Positions 21,301-32,000 of a stretch of 35,560 bases of DNA are shown in pieces. Position numbers and translations under genes: made by a program. How positions within the stretch are numbered: the first letter of the stretch is position 1; each line of letters opens with the position of its first letter. The stretch lies in contig CAXNAA020000022.1 of assembly GCA_964200075.2 (NCBI GenBank), positions 1 through 35,560 on the forward strand, written 5' to 3'. The notes under the pieces were generated by a model. The model was not told the DNA's origin, made no database searches, and saw only the letters and a program-made list of their open reading frames with translations. The DNA is from Sphacelaria rigidula. Its lineage: Eukaryota.

Positions 21301-24300
21301 GACGAGTGAGACATACGCCGCACTGTGTGCCATAATGTACGAAAATACACTGCCGTACCACAACATAGAGACTCTGCGCACACTGCAGATGACAGCAACA
21401 CTACAGCTTACTGACATGAACCACAAAAAAAGCCGCAACGCCAACGTCAAAACGACACCGTTCACTTCAAAACGACTTCACACGAAACTTTCTACCACAT
21501 GCTGCGGGCAGAAAGTGCTACATATACAGGTGGGTGCACATTCAAGACGTGAAGACGTGAAACACAGGGCCAGTCGGTAGGATGATACTCGGAAGTTGAC
21601 TTTGCAATGCTGTGCAACACTGAGCGAGCCCGGCATTAGCTTTGCGCGGTAATTTCTTTCACCACAGTACACATATTCGTCATACCATTACTACCTCTTT
21701 CATCGAGACTACACCATACTTTTAATCTCAAGGGATTTTGATGAATCGCTCCTGCGATGTCTGTCTGACAATTGATTCCGGGCACTGGATGATAAATATC
21801 GGCACTACCGCAGTCCGTCGACTCCCGTCGAATGTTTCATCCACTACGGTCGTTCTCACACTTTTATCGACAGAAACCAGGGTCAGCGCTAAAACGACCA
21901 CTGAGGAAGTATTCGTCGGGTTTTAATGGCACAAAGTACGCGTAACCTATCCATTCGTGTACCATATGTGTGCCATTTTTGTACCATTCGTTAATCAGTT
22001 CGAATACTGGGGCGCGGCGGCAATCATCCTTCAGGATACATTTCTGACGATGGAGTGATACTGTATATACCGAGAGAAAACACTAGTCCCTGAGCCTGGC
22101 AGTAGTGCTTAAATGGCACATATGCAGTTGGAAGACGTAATCAAGAGGCACTGAGATACTCCCGTGGATAAGTGGCAGTCACTACAGCTCGATTGCTCCA
22201 CGCACAAGTCGACCACAAACCATCCATGCCGTCGAGAGCAAGCAAGCGCGTTTCACAAAATCAGGATTCCATCCCCATAGGCAAAATTACGCGAAGAAGA
22301 CAAGACACAAATACAGGCTCACCTGGAAGCCCATGCGATCCAAGTACTTGCTCTCTCGGATGATCATACGCAGTTCCATGGCAAAATTCACTCCGTAAGG
22401 GGGCGGTGGCATGCTGCCCGGCTTGCACTCAGCAATTGCTGTCGCCTGGTGGTGTGCGCCCACCTTACCAAGTTTGGCGGGATTCATATATGTAGAGCCC
22501 GCCTCCTTAGCTGCTGCATTTTCCGGGGTCTCGTCTCTGGTCTTGGTCGTAGCTTGCGCGTAGAGTATTGGCTGCTTCAATTTTTCGGTTGCTACTGCTC
22601 CTACGCGTTGTTCCCACTCCACATACAAACGCGTGTTGTACGCATCTACCGCGCGGGCGAATACCAGGTACCGCTGCTTCACTTGCTCTCCGAACGTGCT
22701 TGTTAGGAGCCCCTCGTGCGCCTGCTGAGTAGGCGGAAGGTTGATGGGGATTCAGAACATAATTAACTGCAGGAGACGCATCGTCGGAGCTGTGATCAAT
22801 GGAACGCAAGGCGTATAAATGGGGTGCCAGGTGTGCATGCACTATCATTGTTGTTGGCTTGGCCCACCCAAGAGTCCCTACTCGTCGTGTTCGTCCTGGT
22901 GATCAGCTGATCAAGGTCCGATAACAGCGCATCAGGTATATTTGAGCTACGATATACCAGTGTACGTGAGACGGGGAGCACTTCGCCTGCTAACGAAGGT
23001 ACCTCACAAAATCGACGACACAAATCTGGCGGACTACACTTTGGGAATACGTTGATGGGCGAGCCAGGTCACGCGAGCTGGAGGAGTGCCGGTGCGAAGT
23101 AATACCGCGATTCGCACCTTGAAGCGTAGAATGGGTTTCTTAGCGCGGTTGTAGAGATCACGTGCCCACGCAATTGCTCCAGCCACCGGTGGGTAGTTCT
23201 TGTATATTGGCGGGAACGACTTGTTTTCGTGGAATATCGCACTGATGTAGTCCAGTTCCTTGGTGTACTGGGCTAGGATGTCCTTGTAGCGCTCATCAAT
23301 TGACTGATTAATGCTTTCCCGACTCTGGATGTTTTGGAAATTCTGGACGAGCTCGAAGGCCCCCTCCGCAGACCGAAGCTTTTGGAATGATTGCTCGATG
23401 AAGGATTTGGTCATGTCTTCAATTTCCTCTACTTGTTGGCGAAAATGTTGCATCACGGTATGCCAACTGTCTTTATACTTTCGGTCGAAAATATCGAAGG
23501 GCACCTGATACATTGAGATCCAGGCACAGCGAGTGAAATAAGCAAACCATGTCAACCAACAGGTGCAGATTCGCAAAACCATACGTCAAAATGTACAGTA
23601 TATATATTTTCCACATTTTGGAGTCCTGACAAGTGCCGAGCACTTCAATCATGCTCCAGAAATAGCAGCGCGTGTTGCTGGCAGAAATGTCTGCCCAACC
23701 GACCTTGCTATGTTCGAAAAGTAAGCTAGAGGCTCAGAAATTCGGCCTCAGGGATACCCCCCTGTAGTTAGGTAGGGAATATTTAGCTGTACGTTTCGAT
23801 GCACGACTACAGTACTGGCTGCAACATTAATCTAAGCAGACCGCGAGAGACATCGCGCGCGCGTGCATGTGCTGGATGCTAATAAGATTGCGCCCGCTTA
23901 ATACACACACCATCGTCATTCATTGCACGACAAATAAACCACTAGGCTTTACTTGTTTTATACACATCTGTTCGGACACTCCTGTTCGGATTCATGTATC
24001 ACTCGTTACCTTGTTCAAAGGTAGGGCCAACCCGTCCACCCTTTCCATTATCTCATCGATTCCGGTCGACTCGCCCGTCACCGCCTTCAACTCTGGCCCA
24101 AGAAACTTGTTGAATTGATCCAGCACAGTAGCAACCTGACGGGTGTACGCACGATGATGCAGTCAATATCGCGCGAAACATGATCCTAGCGCATATGCAC
24201 GGTCATTGTCAGCGTTCTCGCCAGCATGATTGTCTACTGCTGACTATGTTTCAGATTTGTGCACTTGACATATATATATGTATATATATGTGGAAATTGT

Positions 24301-26997
24301 TGGTGCAGTCATCACACCCCAGCGTCACGTGAAGTAAAGGTGGAAGGAATGGGACAGTTTGCAGTTACTGACCTCCAGCAAGTCACCGCAAACTCGTGCC
24401 ATGTAGTTAGTCTGCTCAAAGAGCCTCTTCCTGTCGAATTCCCAACGATGATCAGTGCCTGATTCTTCGATGCGGTGGCGGACGTCCATGTAGGTTGCGT
24501 GCCACGACTCTAGAACTTTACGAGCTTCTGTGACCATGTGCGTAGCCGCCTCTGGGGACTTTTGGAGGATGGTGCGGATGTTGATGCGGGTCTCGACCTG
24601 TTCGTCCACAAGATATTCACGGGCCGAGGGAACAGCATTTTTTTGCTTGTCAATTTGCCTACCAAACAGATGTGCCCAGAAAGTACATGTTCAACGTATT
24701 GCAATTCTTCTAGTAGGCTGTAGGGTTACCTCCGCCTAACGAGGAGGACCATATGTCTCAACAACACTTCAATGAAGCAATTGTCCGTAAATCAAATTCC
24801 TTGTCAGAGGATCACACATTATCGTGGGGATATGCCCGGCGCGCACCTTGCCCGCGATTTCTCCGGCGACGAGCTCCATTAAAGGTACCATACGCTCGTC
24901 TGTATTGTAGTGACGGCTTATGACCCACACCATGCGGATAGCATTCATCATGGACGGTAGTGTGTCGAGGGTGATACTGAATGATCCTTGGCTGATGTTT
25001 TTGAAGTGGCGCTCCAGAGTGGTGAGAAACCTGAAAATCGAAACGTAGCAGGAGGGCTGTCGTACGGTCGGGCGTGAATTGAACACAGCAATAGCAGATG
25101 TTATCAACCATAAACTTGCAATATTTTGACATCTAGAGAGCAGGTACAAATTCGCCATAACACAGTACACGACTCGGCTCACTTGACGTTGTCCTTTGCT
25201 TCAATGTACAGCCGCGACAGCTCTGAGAAATGATAATTGAAAGTCGGCAACATGGGTGCTTCCACTTCATCCATGACCTTCAACATCCGCTGGACCTGTT
25301 GCGAGCCAAGAGTTTTCAGAACGACAGAGTTAGCCGAGGGCAAAAACTATCGCACTCTTGACGGAAGCTATTTGTTCTACGAGAGAGGATTATCCTCAAC
25401 CGCGTTGCACGACCGCGCAAAATAATTGTTGATAGGTGACTCCTCGAACTAGCAGGTTACCATGAGGCGCCCGATCGAGGCCATAACAACACCTTACACT
25501 CACAATACAAGAGAAGATTCAACATTATTAAACTTTAGACTACTGCTCCCGAACAGCAGGCCGTGTTCGCGTCATTACCTTCGCGCTCGCTACTCAGGAG
25601 TTGCGCGTCGGCGCCAAGAACACATCCTTCAGTACATGCACCACCACCGCGCAGGTAGGGAAACAGGACGGCCCTAGAGCAGGGTAAGGGAGAGCAGAAC
25701 TCATTTGAGCACCCGACTCGTCAAAATTGCCGCCCTACCTGTAGCACACAGCCTCAGACAGAGCCTTGCACCACAATGCTGTGACAATGTCGTAACCCAA
25801 GAAAGTTGAACGCACCTTGGGCATATTAATTTGCTCGTAGAGGGCGCTGAGGGACGCATTTCGTCGACGCCAGAACTCGATTTCTGCCATTGGACCCTTG
25901 CCCTTCACACGCTTCACATTTTCCGTCTCTACTACCGAAGCAATTAGTCGACTCCAGTCCTCCATGGCTCCCTCCAGCAGAGACACTGCTTCGAAGGCGT
26001 TGCCGATCTCGGGATCGTCTATGTTTATGTTCGGGACGGACAAGTGCACGTCACCCTTCACCTGTTGCGTGGCGTGAGCTACGTGTGACTCAAACTTTTG
26101 AAGATTTGACCGGAATTCATTCCGAAGTGTATCCCCCACCTTTGGAGCATCTTGAGGTACTGTCGAAGGGTCGGATATGACCTTATCACCAGTTACCGCC
26201 GACACTGCCAACACTCCAAGGCCGAGCTGATGATCAAGGAGCGGGGCAAAAACTTCCTTCACCAAAGCAGATAAGCTTGTGAGGCAGTCCCCGGCAAGGC
26301 ATCCATATTCCACTGCTAAGGTCATGCTCACATCATCACTGGAAGCTAAAGGCTTGCTCACCTCACCGCGTATGTTCTTCACTAAGTACACAACCCTTTC
26401 CACCGAATCTGGTAAGTTCCCTTGGGTTACGCGACATCGCCTCTTCGTGGAGAGAATCGTGCGCACCGCTTTTCGAGTTTTGGTCACTACTCTCATCTCT
26501 GGTATGACTGGTGATGCGGTCTCCACAGAGCTGCTCTCGTCGAGTTTTTCCTCCACAGCGGTGCCGGGTACCTCTGAGTCCCCTGCCGCAGATGGTGGAT
26601 TCCCTTCCTGAGGTTTTGTGCTTGATGCCAACTCGCCGTCAGTTGGGGGACTTTCTAAGTCACCCTCAACCCCTGAAGCACCACCTGCCTCACAAGGTTG
26701 GAGACCCTCTACCGGTTCACTTTCCTGGTACTCCTCATCGTACTCTTCGGACTCCTCCACATTCTCCATTTCAGTATGAAAAAACAACGCGGCCCCCAGC
26801 GAACCCTTTGGGCCCAGGAAACCTTGTAAAATTTCAGCAGCGGATGAAGCTAGAGTTGGCGCAGGTGACTGTGCTGTACTCGACGAATTAACCGCGTTGA
26901 CTTGCAGCATTTGTCGGAATTCATCCTCGCCGAGTCCCAGTCCTTCGAGGACTCTGCCTCGAATCCAGACAACTCTAGGATCAGAAATACTAGCCAT
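5386..26997 (-). CDS. DNAH10: Axonemal dynein heavy chain 10 (inner-arm I1/f alpha heavy chain), complete 22-exon gene, ~4685 aa
   Basis: Exons read by hand, in transcription order: 25816-26997, 25183-25295, 24847-25030, 24373-24597, 24010-24135, 23118-23504, 22323-22721, 20915-21222, 20540-20705, 19873-20193, 19258-19701, 18623-19036, 17972-18343, 17498-17821, 17013-17186, 16324-16542, 15800-16096, 14955-15473, 14371-14730, 13791-14144, 9524-12748, 5386-9330. Total 14058 nt; splice phases join in frame. P-loops: AAA1 [11 protein letters not shown]2 [11 protein letters not shown]3 [11 protein letters not shown]4 GVGGSGK. DNAH10-type motifs as I recall them: [43 protein letters not shown], and the C-terminus [15 protein letters not shown]. 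Confidence 0.93.
9524..12748 (-). CDS. DNAH10: Dynein heavy chain exon 21 (AAA2, AAA3, AAA4, start of stalk)
   Basis: 1084-aa ORF; acceptor cag|GTG at 12748, donor CAG|gtagg at 9524; motifs [58 protein letters not shown]. Confidence 0.95.
13700..13828. repeat. 43-bp tandem triplication spanning the dynein exon 20 / intron 20 boundary
   Basis: Copies at 13700-13742, 13743-13785 and 13786-13828; copies 1 and 2 are identical and copy 3 differs at 2 nt. Confidence 0.95.
13791..15473 (-). CDS. DNAH10: Dynein heavy chain exons 18-20 (AAA1 motor module): 14955-15473, 14371-14730, 13791-14144
   Basis: [77 protein letters not shown]; canonical GT-AG boundaries. Confidence 0.93.
25816..26997 (-). CDS. 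DNAH10: Dynein heavy chain exon 1 (N-terminal tail with acidic low-complexity insert)
   Basis: ATG at 26997 ([16 protein letters not shown]), within the 430-aa ORF; ends [29 protein letters not shown]|gtgcg. The start codon is inferred. Confidence 0.85.
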
Positions 26998-27240
26998 ATC
27001 CAGACACTCATTTAACAAAAAATACAAGAACAGCAGCTGCCCGCTCCCTAGTACGGCCAGAGGTTGGTGCTCCCTATCACGTCAAGATCTTTGGAGAGCG
27101 AGAAGGATATCCGCCGCTGTTACACGAATGTGAATCATGATCTATCTTCGTCCGGCTCGTGTTATTTTCCACACCCTCCCCGCTGCTGAGGGGTTGCTGT
27201 AAGTCGTACAGAATTTGCCCGTGTGCGCTCGATAACAAGA
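26998..27240. promoter_or_regulatory. Short divergent (putative bidirectional) promoter / 5' UTR region between DNAH10 and MED14
   Basis: 243 bp separate the two inferred, oppositely oriented start codons. No specific core motif was identified. Confidence 0.6.
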
Positions 27241-27546
27241 ATGCAGGGTGTAGAAGAGGCGCAGCCCTTGCATCTCCTTCCTCTTCCCTGCCTGGATGCA
27301 TCAGACTTAGTAGGAAAAACAACTGATATTGCTTTTCACGATGTACGCAGTCTCGCCAACATCTTGAGTCGAGTCAACCTGGATGCACGGCGGGAGGACT
27401 TGCTAGATTACATCCGATTGAATAGGGCACGCTTCATGAAGGCGTATGTTGCTGTCAGGTGGCTCTCTGGAAGGCATGGGGCGCTGGTCGTAAACGCTAG
27501 CAATGCGCTGGCCGAAGCTCAAACCCAGCGACAGCAGATTGACACG
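27241..27546 (+). CDS. MED14: MED14 exon 1
   Basis: ATG at 27241; donor ACG|gtgag at 27546/27547; Med14 N-terminal helices. Confidence 0.8.
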
Positions 27547-28993
27547 GTGAGATTAACAGCAGTGGCAGTGTTCATACTACGTACTCTATGTTACAACAAT
27601 ACCTATAATAGTACACAGTCACAGCCGTACTTTTGGTTTTGTACGAGTACTGTACTTGTAGTGGATATGTTCCCCATACAATTATATTTATACATATTAT
27701 ATAAATAAATTTAATTAATTAATTAATTAATTGGATGGATGGATCATTTGGGGATGGTTGGTCATTTGATTTTTTTTTTTGAGCAAGGGAAAGACAATAT
27801 AGCGCCCAGTTTTGCAGAAGGCCTTTTGTTGACATGGCTGTTTGGGGTAACGGAATAGTCATTTTAATTAAAGACATAGCACCCACACAGCGAGAGAGGA
27901 TCTGGGGCCGTAGGGCCGCTGCCGCCCACATATACATGCGTGTTGTGGTGAGTGCAATACAGTACTCTACCATACATCGATACTTGGTGGGTGGAAACCA
28001 CCATGAGCGGCGACAGTACCACGACCGCAGGTGTTATTGTACGGTGTGTACGGAGGCTTTACAGAGGCGTCCAAAGTCTTGGTCGTATATCTATGGTTGA
28101 TTTTTTCGAACAAAATAACAAAAACAATAACAATAACCCTAACCCTAACCCCGATCTAAGACGTATCAGACCCTCGGGCAAGAGGGTTGCACAGGGTCCC
28201 CTATGCAAGGTGTGCATTGGCAGACCTGACACGTTCTGGACGGGCTGGGTCCATTGCTCACCTGCCCCAAACCATATATTTTCTCAAAACTTTCTCAAGT
28301 CTGAATCACGTAGTCATGTTGTTAACCATAGATATATGACCAAAACTTTGGGTCTACTGGCTTTACAAGTCGTAGCCTACACGCGCCGTTGAGAGTCTCC
28401 GTAGCTGATAGATGATGCCCCAATAAGTCAAGCGTACAGAGATATAATCATTTTCTCTAAATGGAAAGTCGTTTGTCTCGAGAAAGCCTGCAATTGGTCG
28501 CCGCCATACCACCTTTTAAAAAAGATTCCTAAACATCGTGTTTGTAAGGCCACTTCTTATGTATATAAAAAACTCTAGAAAAAACTCGTGTTCTGATGAC
28601 GAAAAACCCGCTTCTTTTGTGATGAGAAACGCATTTTTCGAAATACATTTTTCTGTTGACATGTTTCGATAGCCCAAAGGTATCAGAAAATCCTAATGAT
28701 TTTTTCAAACTCTTTTTTCGGCGTACTTTTTCTTATGTCTGTACCTCTTTGGTATGCTGTACATAGTTTTCATCTTTTCATCTACCTCTGCACGGAATTC
28801 CCATAAGCACCTTCACCCTGTACCGAGCGCGTCGGGAAGAAAAAAGGAACAAAATGGATTAGGATTTTCTGATACCTTTGGGCTATCGAAACATGTTAGT
28901 ATGAGTTGTTTTGGATGGGTTTGGAATCCTCATCAAGGCCACACCCCTTTCCACCCCACAACAACGTCGATACTGGCTTGGTTGCCATCCATC

Positions 28994-29027
<34 letters not shown>

Positions 29028-32000
29028 GCGGGCAGTCAACGTGTTGTTACCCCGTCTTCGCTCGCCAGTAGCGTGGCGGCCCTTTACCCCAGGAGAACAG
29101 CAGAGAGCGGGATCGATGGCGAATAAAGTGTATGATTATGCGCCCCGTCCTGTACGGTACATTTGTAGCGCGGGTTAGCTCTGTGCATGGAGCGTGCTGC
29201 CAGTAGCAGTCGCCATGCAGTACAGATTACTATTCATGCACCCAAGTCTGGTGGAGACACGACCGTACTGTACACACTAGACGGCGTAATGCTGATACCG
29301 TAGTATTGCAGTCAACACATACAATGCAGCACTGTCTGTGCTGTTGTCCGTGCTACTCGTACAGGTATTAAAAGTACCACGAGTGCCGTGCAGCGAAGAT
29401 GTATAACCACCAATTCTACAGTCAGTAAGTACAGCGAAGCGGCGCACGTATGAAGACTTTTGAGTTTTGCATCGCGCAGAGCACCATGTACTGCTCAGGC
29501 AAAGTTTATAGTATTGCACTGTAGGGACCGTACACCACGACACAACAGCCGAACGCTGTCTCTGTCACGCACCCCAGATTGAAAAAGTTTCCCCGCACGT
29601 CTTGGAGGAGATGAGAACTGCTTTGTTGATTTTTATAACGTCCGCATGACATAAGAAGAGGTCCTTGAAGAAAATCTGTTTAAAAACGGTTCATCGAAAA
29701 ACGGCTTTTGTTGTAACGTTTTTTTTTAGACATCCGAAGTAGCCTAAAACGATTTCATCATCAGCTCGAAGGGGAATATGAAGGTGCCGTTGACAGGTGC
29801 ACAGCAAACGGGTGACACAAACCTAACACAATTAGACGTGAACCTGAGGAACGGGTTGCCCCCGCGAACCAAAACCACACAGCTCGAGCCGTTGCTGTTC
29901 ATCAGCCTACAATGTCATGTTGTAGGTGGCGGTGGCCAATTTTGTCCAGAGTTGAATGAGAAACAACGATTAGTGTGAGAGCGCGCCTGAAACACGCACA
30001 TATGTGCTCAGAAACGGCAGGTTTTCGGTTTTGAAATGACACGCACGCGGTCGCTCTTCCTCCAATACTGAACGAATTTCCGTCCAACAACGTCTGCTGT
30101 GTGTGTAAATGAGCAAGGCCTGTGCTGGAGCTAATGCGCGTGAGTGGTGGGTGTACGTGCGTATTTTTGGGGGGGTTCGGTATGTGGGTGTTGTTTTGCC
30201 TTGTCTCCCATCTCTTGTTTATTACCAGTATGGAGATGCTGAACCAATGACCACTGCATGAACCGCGGCATTTCTGAACATGTGTTCAGATCTGTTCGAA
30301 TCTTTCCTTAGCGCCCGGGGGCAGTAGAAGGGCCATGAACCCGTGCAATTACTGTACTCCAAATATCCACAGGACTGTCAGGGTGTATTCTCGGAACAGA
30401 TTATTGGGCCAGGCGAAAGTTGAATAATGTAGTGGTGTGGGGTAGGAGTACGGGGCAAGATATTCTCCTTCCACCCTGTCCACTCTCTAGTGAACCGGCA
30501 CGGTGTTTTGTCCGTAGTGTGCTGTTGAACAGAACTTTTCGCTGGTGCAACCAACACCCCTTTCTGACCTCGACCTCGCCCCACGCCTTGAATGGCATCG
30601 GCATCGTGGCGGCCGCAAGCTCTGAAATGTCTCTTGTGGATGGATCTATGGTGCTCCGCGTTGGCTTCACTGTGTTTGCTATGCAGTGCCAGGACCAATT
30701 CTTCTTCATGCACGGGGCGCTTTTTGGGGCCCGCCAGCGTCTCTACGATGTCCCTGTTGCTGTGGATGTCCTAGTTAATGGGCAGTATTCCTGGTTGCCG
30801 AAGGGAATCGAGTATTGCGGCGGAGATATGGACCCACGTCCCATCTTTGAGGTGTGTAAAAAACTCGCGTGTGGGTACTGTTAATCTATATTTTGGGTGG
30901 CCAGTTGCTTTTGGCTCTTGTATCGTGGGAATAGTAAGGGGTCGACTGGCTAGTAGGAATACCCTGTTACCCTGTTCGTGAATCACGCGTGCTCGCGCGA
31001 CGAGAAGGACTTGAACAACCAATGGAATACTCGTGGATGGAGCTGCCATATCCCACCCAGTGGAGTTTGTGCGCTGCCGCAGGCCCGTGGTGCGAGGGCA
31101 GACTCTCGCCAGATTGGTGAGGGGTACACGCGTTAGACACACCTTCACATACCGCGAATCGCGCGCGATATTACGTACACCACGACGTCTCCGGTAGCTG
31201 TGCTCTTGAAGAAGTGAGGTCGACACCGGATTCGGCAATCGAAATTCGCGTCATCTGGGGAAATGATGAACGTTCGGTGGAGCACGCTTCACGGGCAGCA
31301 GTCAATCGCACATGGCACAGCTTTTGTGTGGCGTATTTTCGCATTGGGTGCTCGCTCACCGGTCACCGCCGCCTCTGTTGCACGAACTTGAGACTCTTGT
31401 GCCTCGACGTCCGCACGATCCCGCACGATTTGTCTGTGCTGAATCGTTTTCGTGGGGCAGGCGTTTTCATGCTTTCGCAAGTGCTGTACGTTGGCATTCA
31501 CTACTTGTGCGATCTGTGCAAATATAGAAAGATACATGAATAAATAGGTATACGGATAGATAGGATAAATAGGATAGATAGATGGATATTTCCTCTGTCC
31601 CGTAAGTAAAGGCTCTTATGATTACACAGACCCTTCACGGTCCGACGCCGTTGACGATTTTTTTTCATCTTCGGTGTTTTTTTTAGTTGAAATCCTCTTT
31701 TTTTTTGCACGCACCAGCCTGCATGCATGAACATGCATGAACGGCCGAGAAAAAGCAGTCGGCCGAGAAAAGGCCATGTTTCGCCCCTTTTCCAGGGGCG
31801 AAAGACACTTCCTACGATAACCCCCCTCAAAAAAGTGACTGGTTTGGGCAGACAAAAATTATCCGTGCATTGAAGTGAAATAAGCCGAGCACAACGAGCA
31901 GCGGGGAATTCCAACGCTTGGGTCCGTTTTTGCCAATGTCGCCCATGTGACGCGCTTCATGCAGCCTGAAATCAAACATCAGGCGCTGTATGACCATCTT

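Noticed and set aside
5747..26891. Many 60-180 aa ORFs antisense to or frame-shifted within the dynein gene
   Set aside because: They are shadow ORFs of a long coding sequence with no independent evidence.
5386..27027. Fragmented dynein ORFs read as a pseudogene or several genes
   Set aside because: All pieces join in frame through GT/GC-AG introns into one continuous protein.
28754..29178. Poly-Ala / poly-Cys / poly-Leu ORFs
   Set aside because: These are three readings of an intronic (CTG)n tract.
28190..29531. Possible TIR pair CAGGGTCCCCTATGCA / TGCACTGTAGGGACCGT
   Set aside because: The match needs gaps and no TSD is visible, so it is too weak to call.
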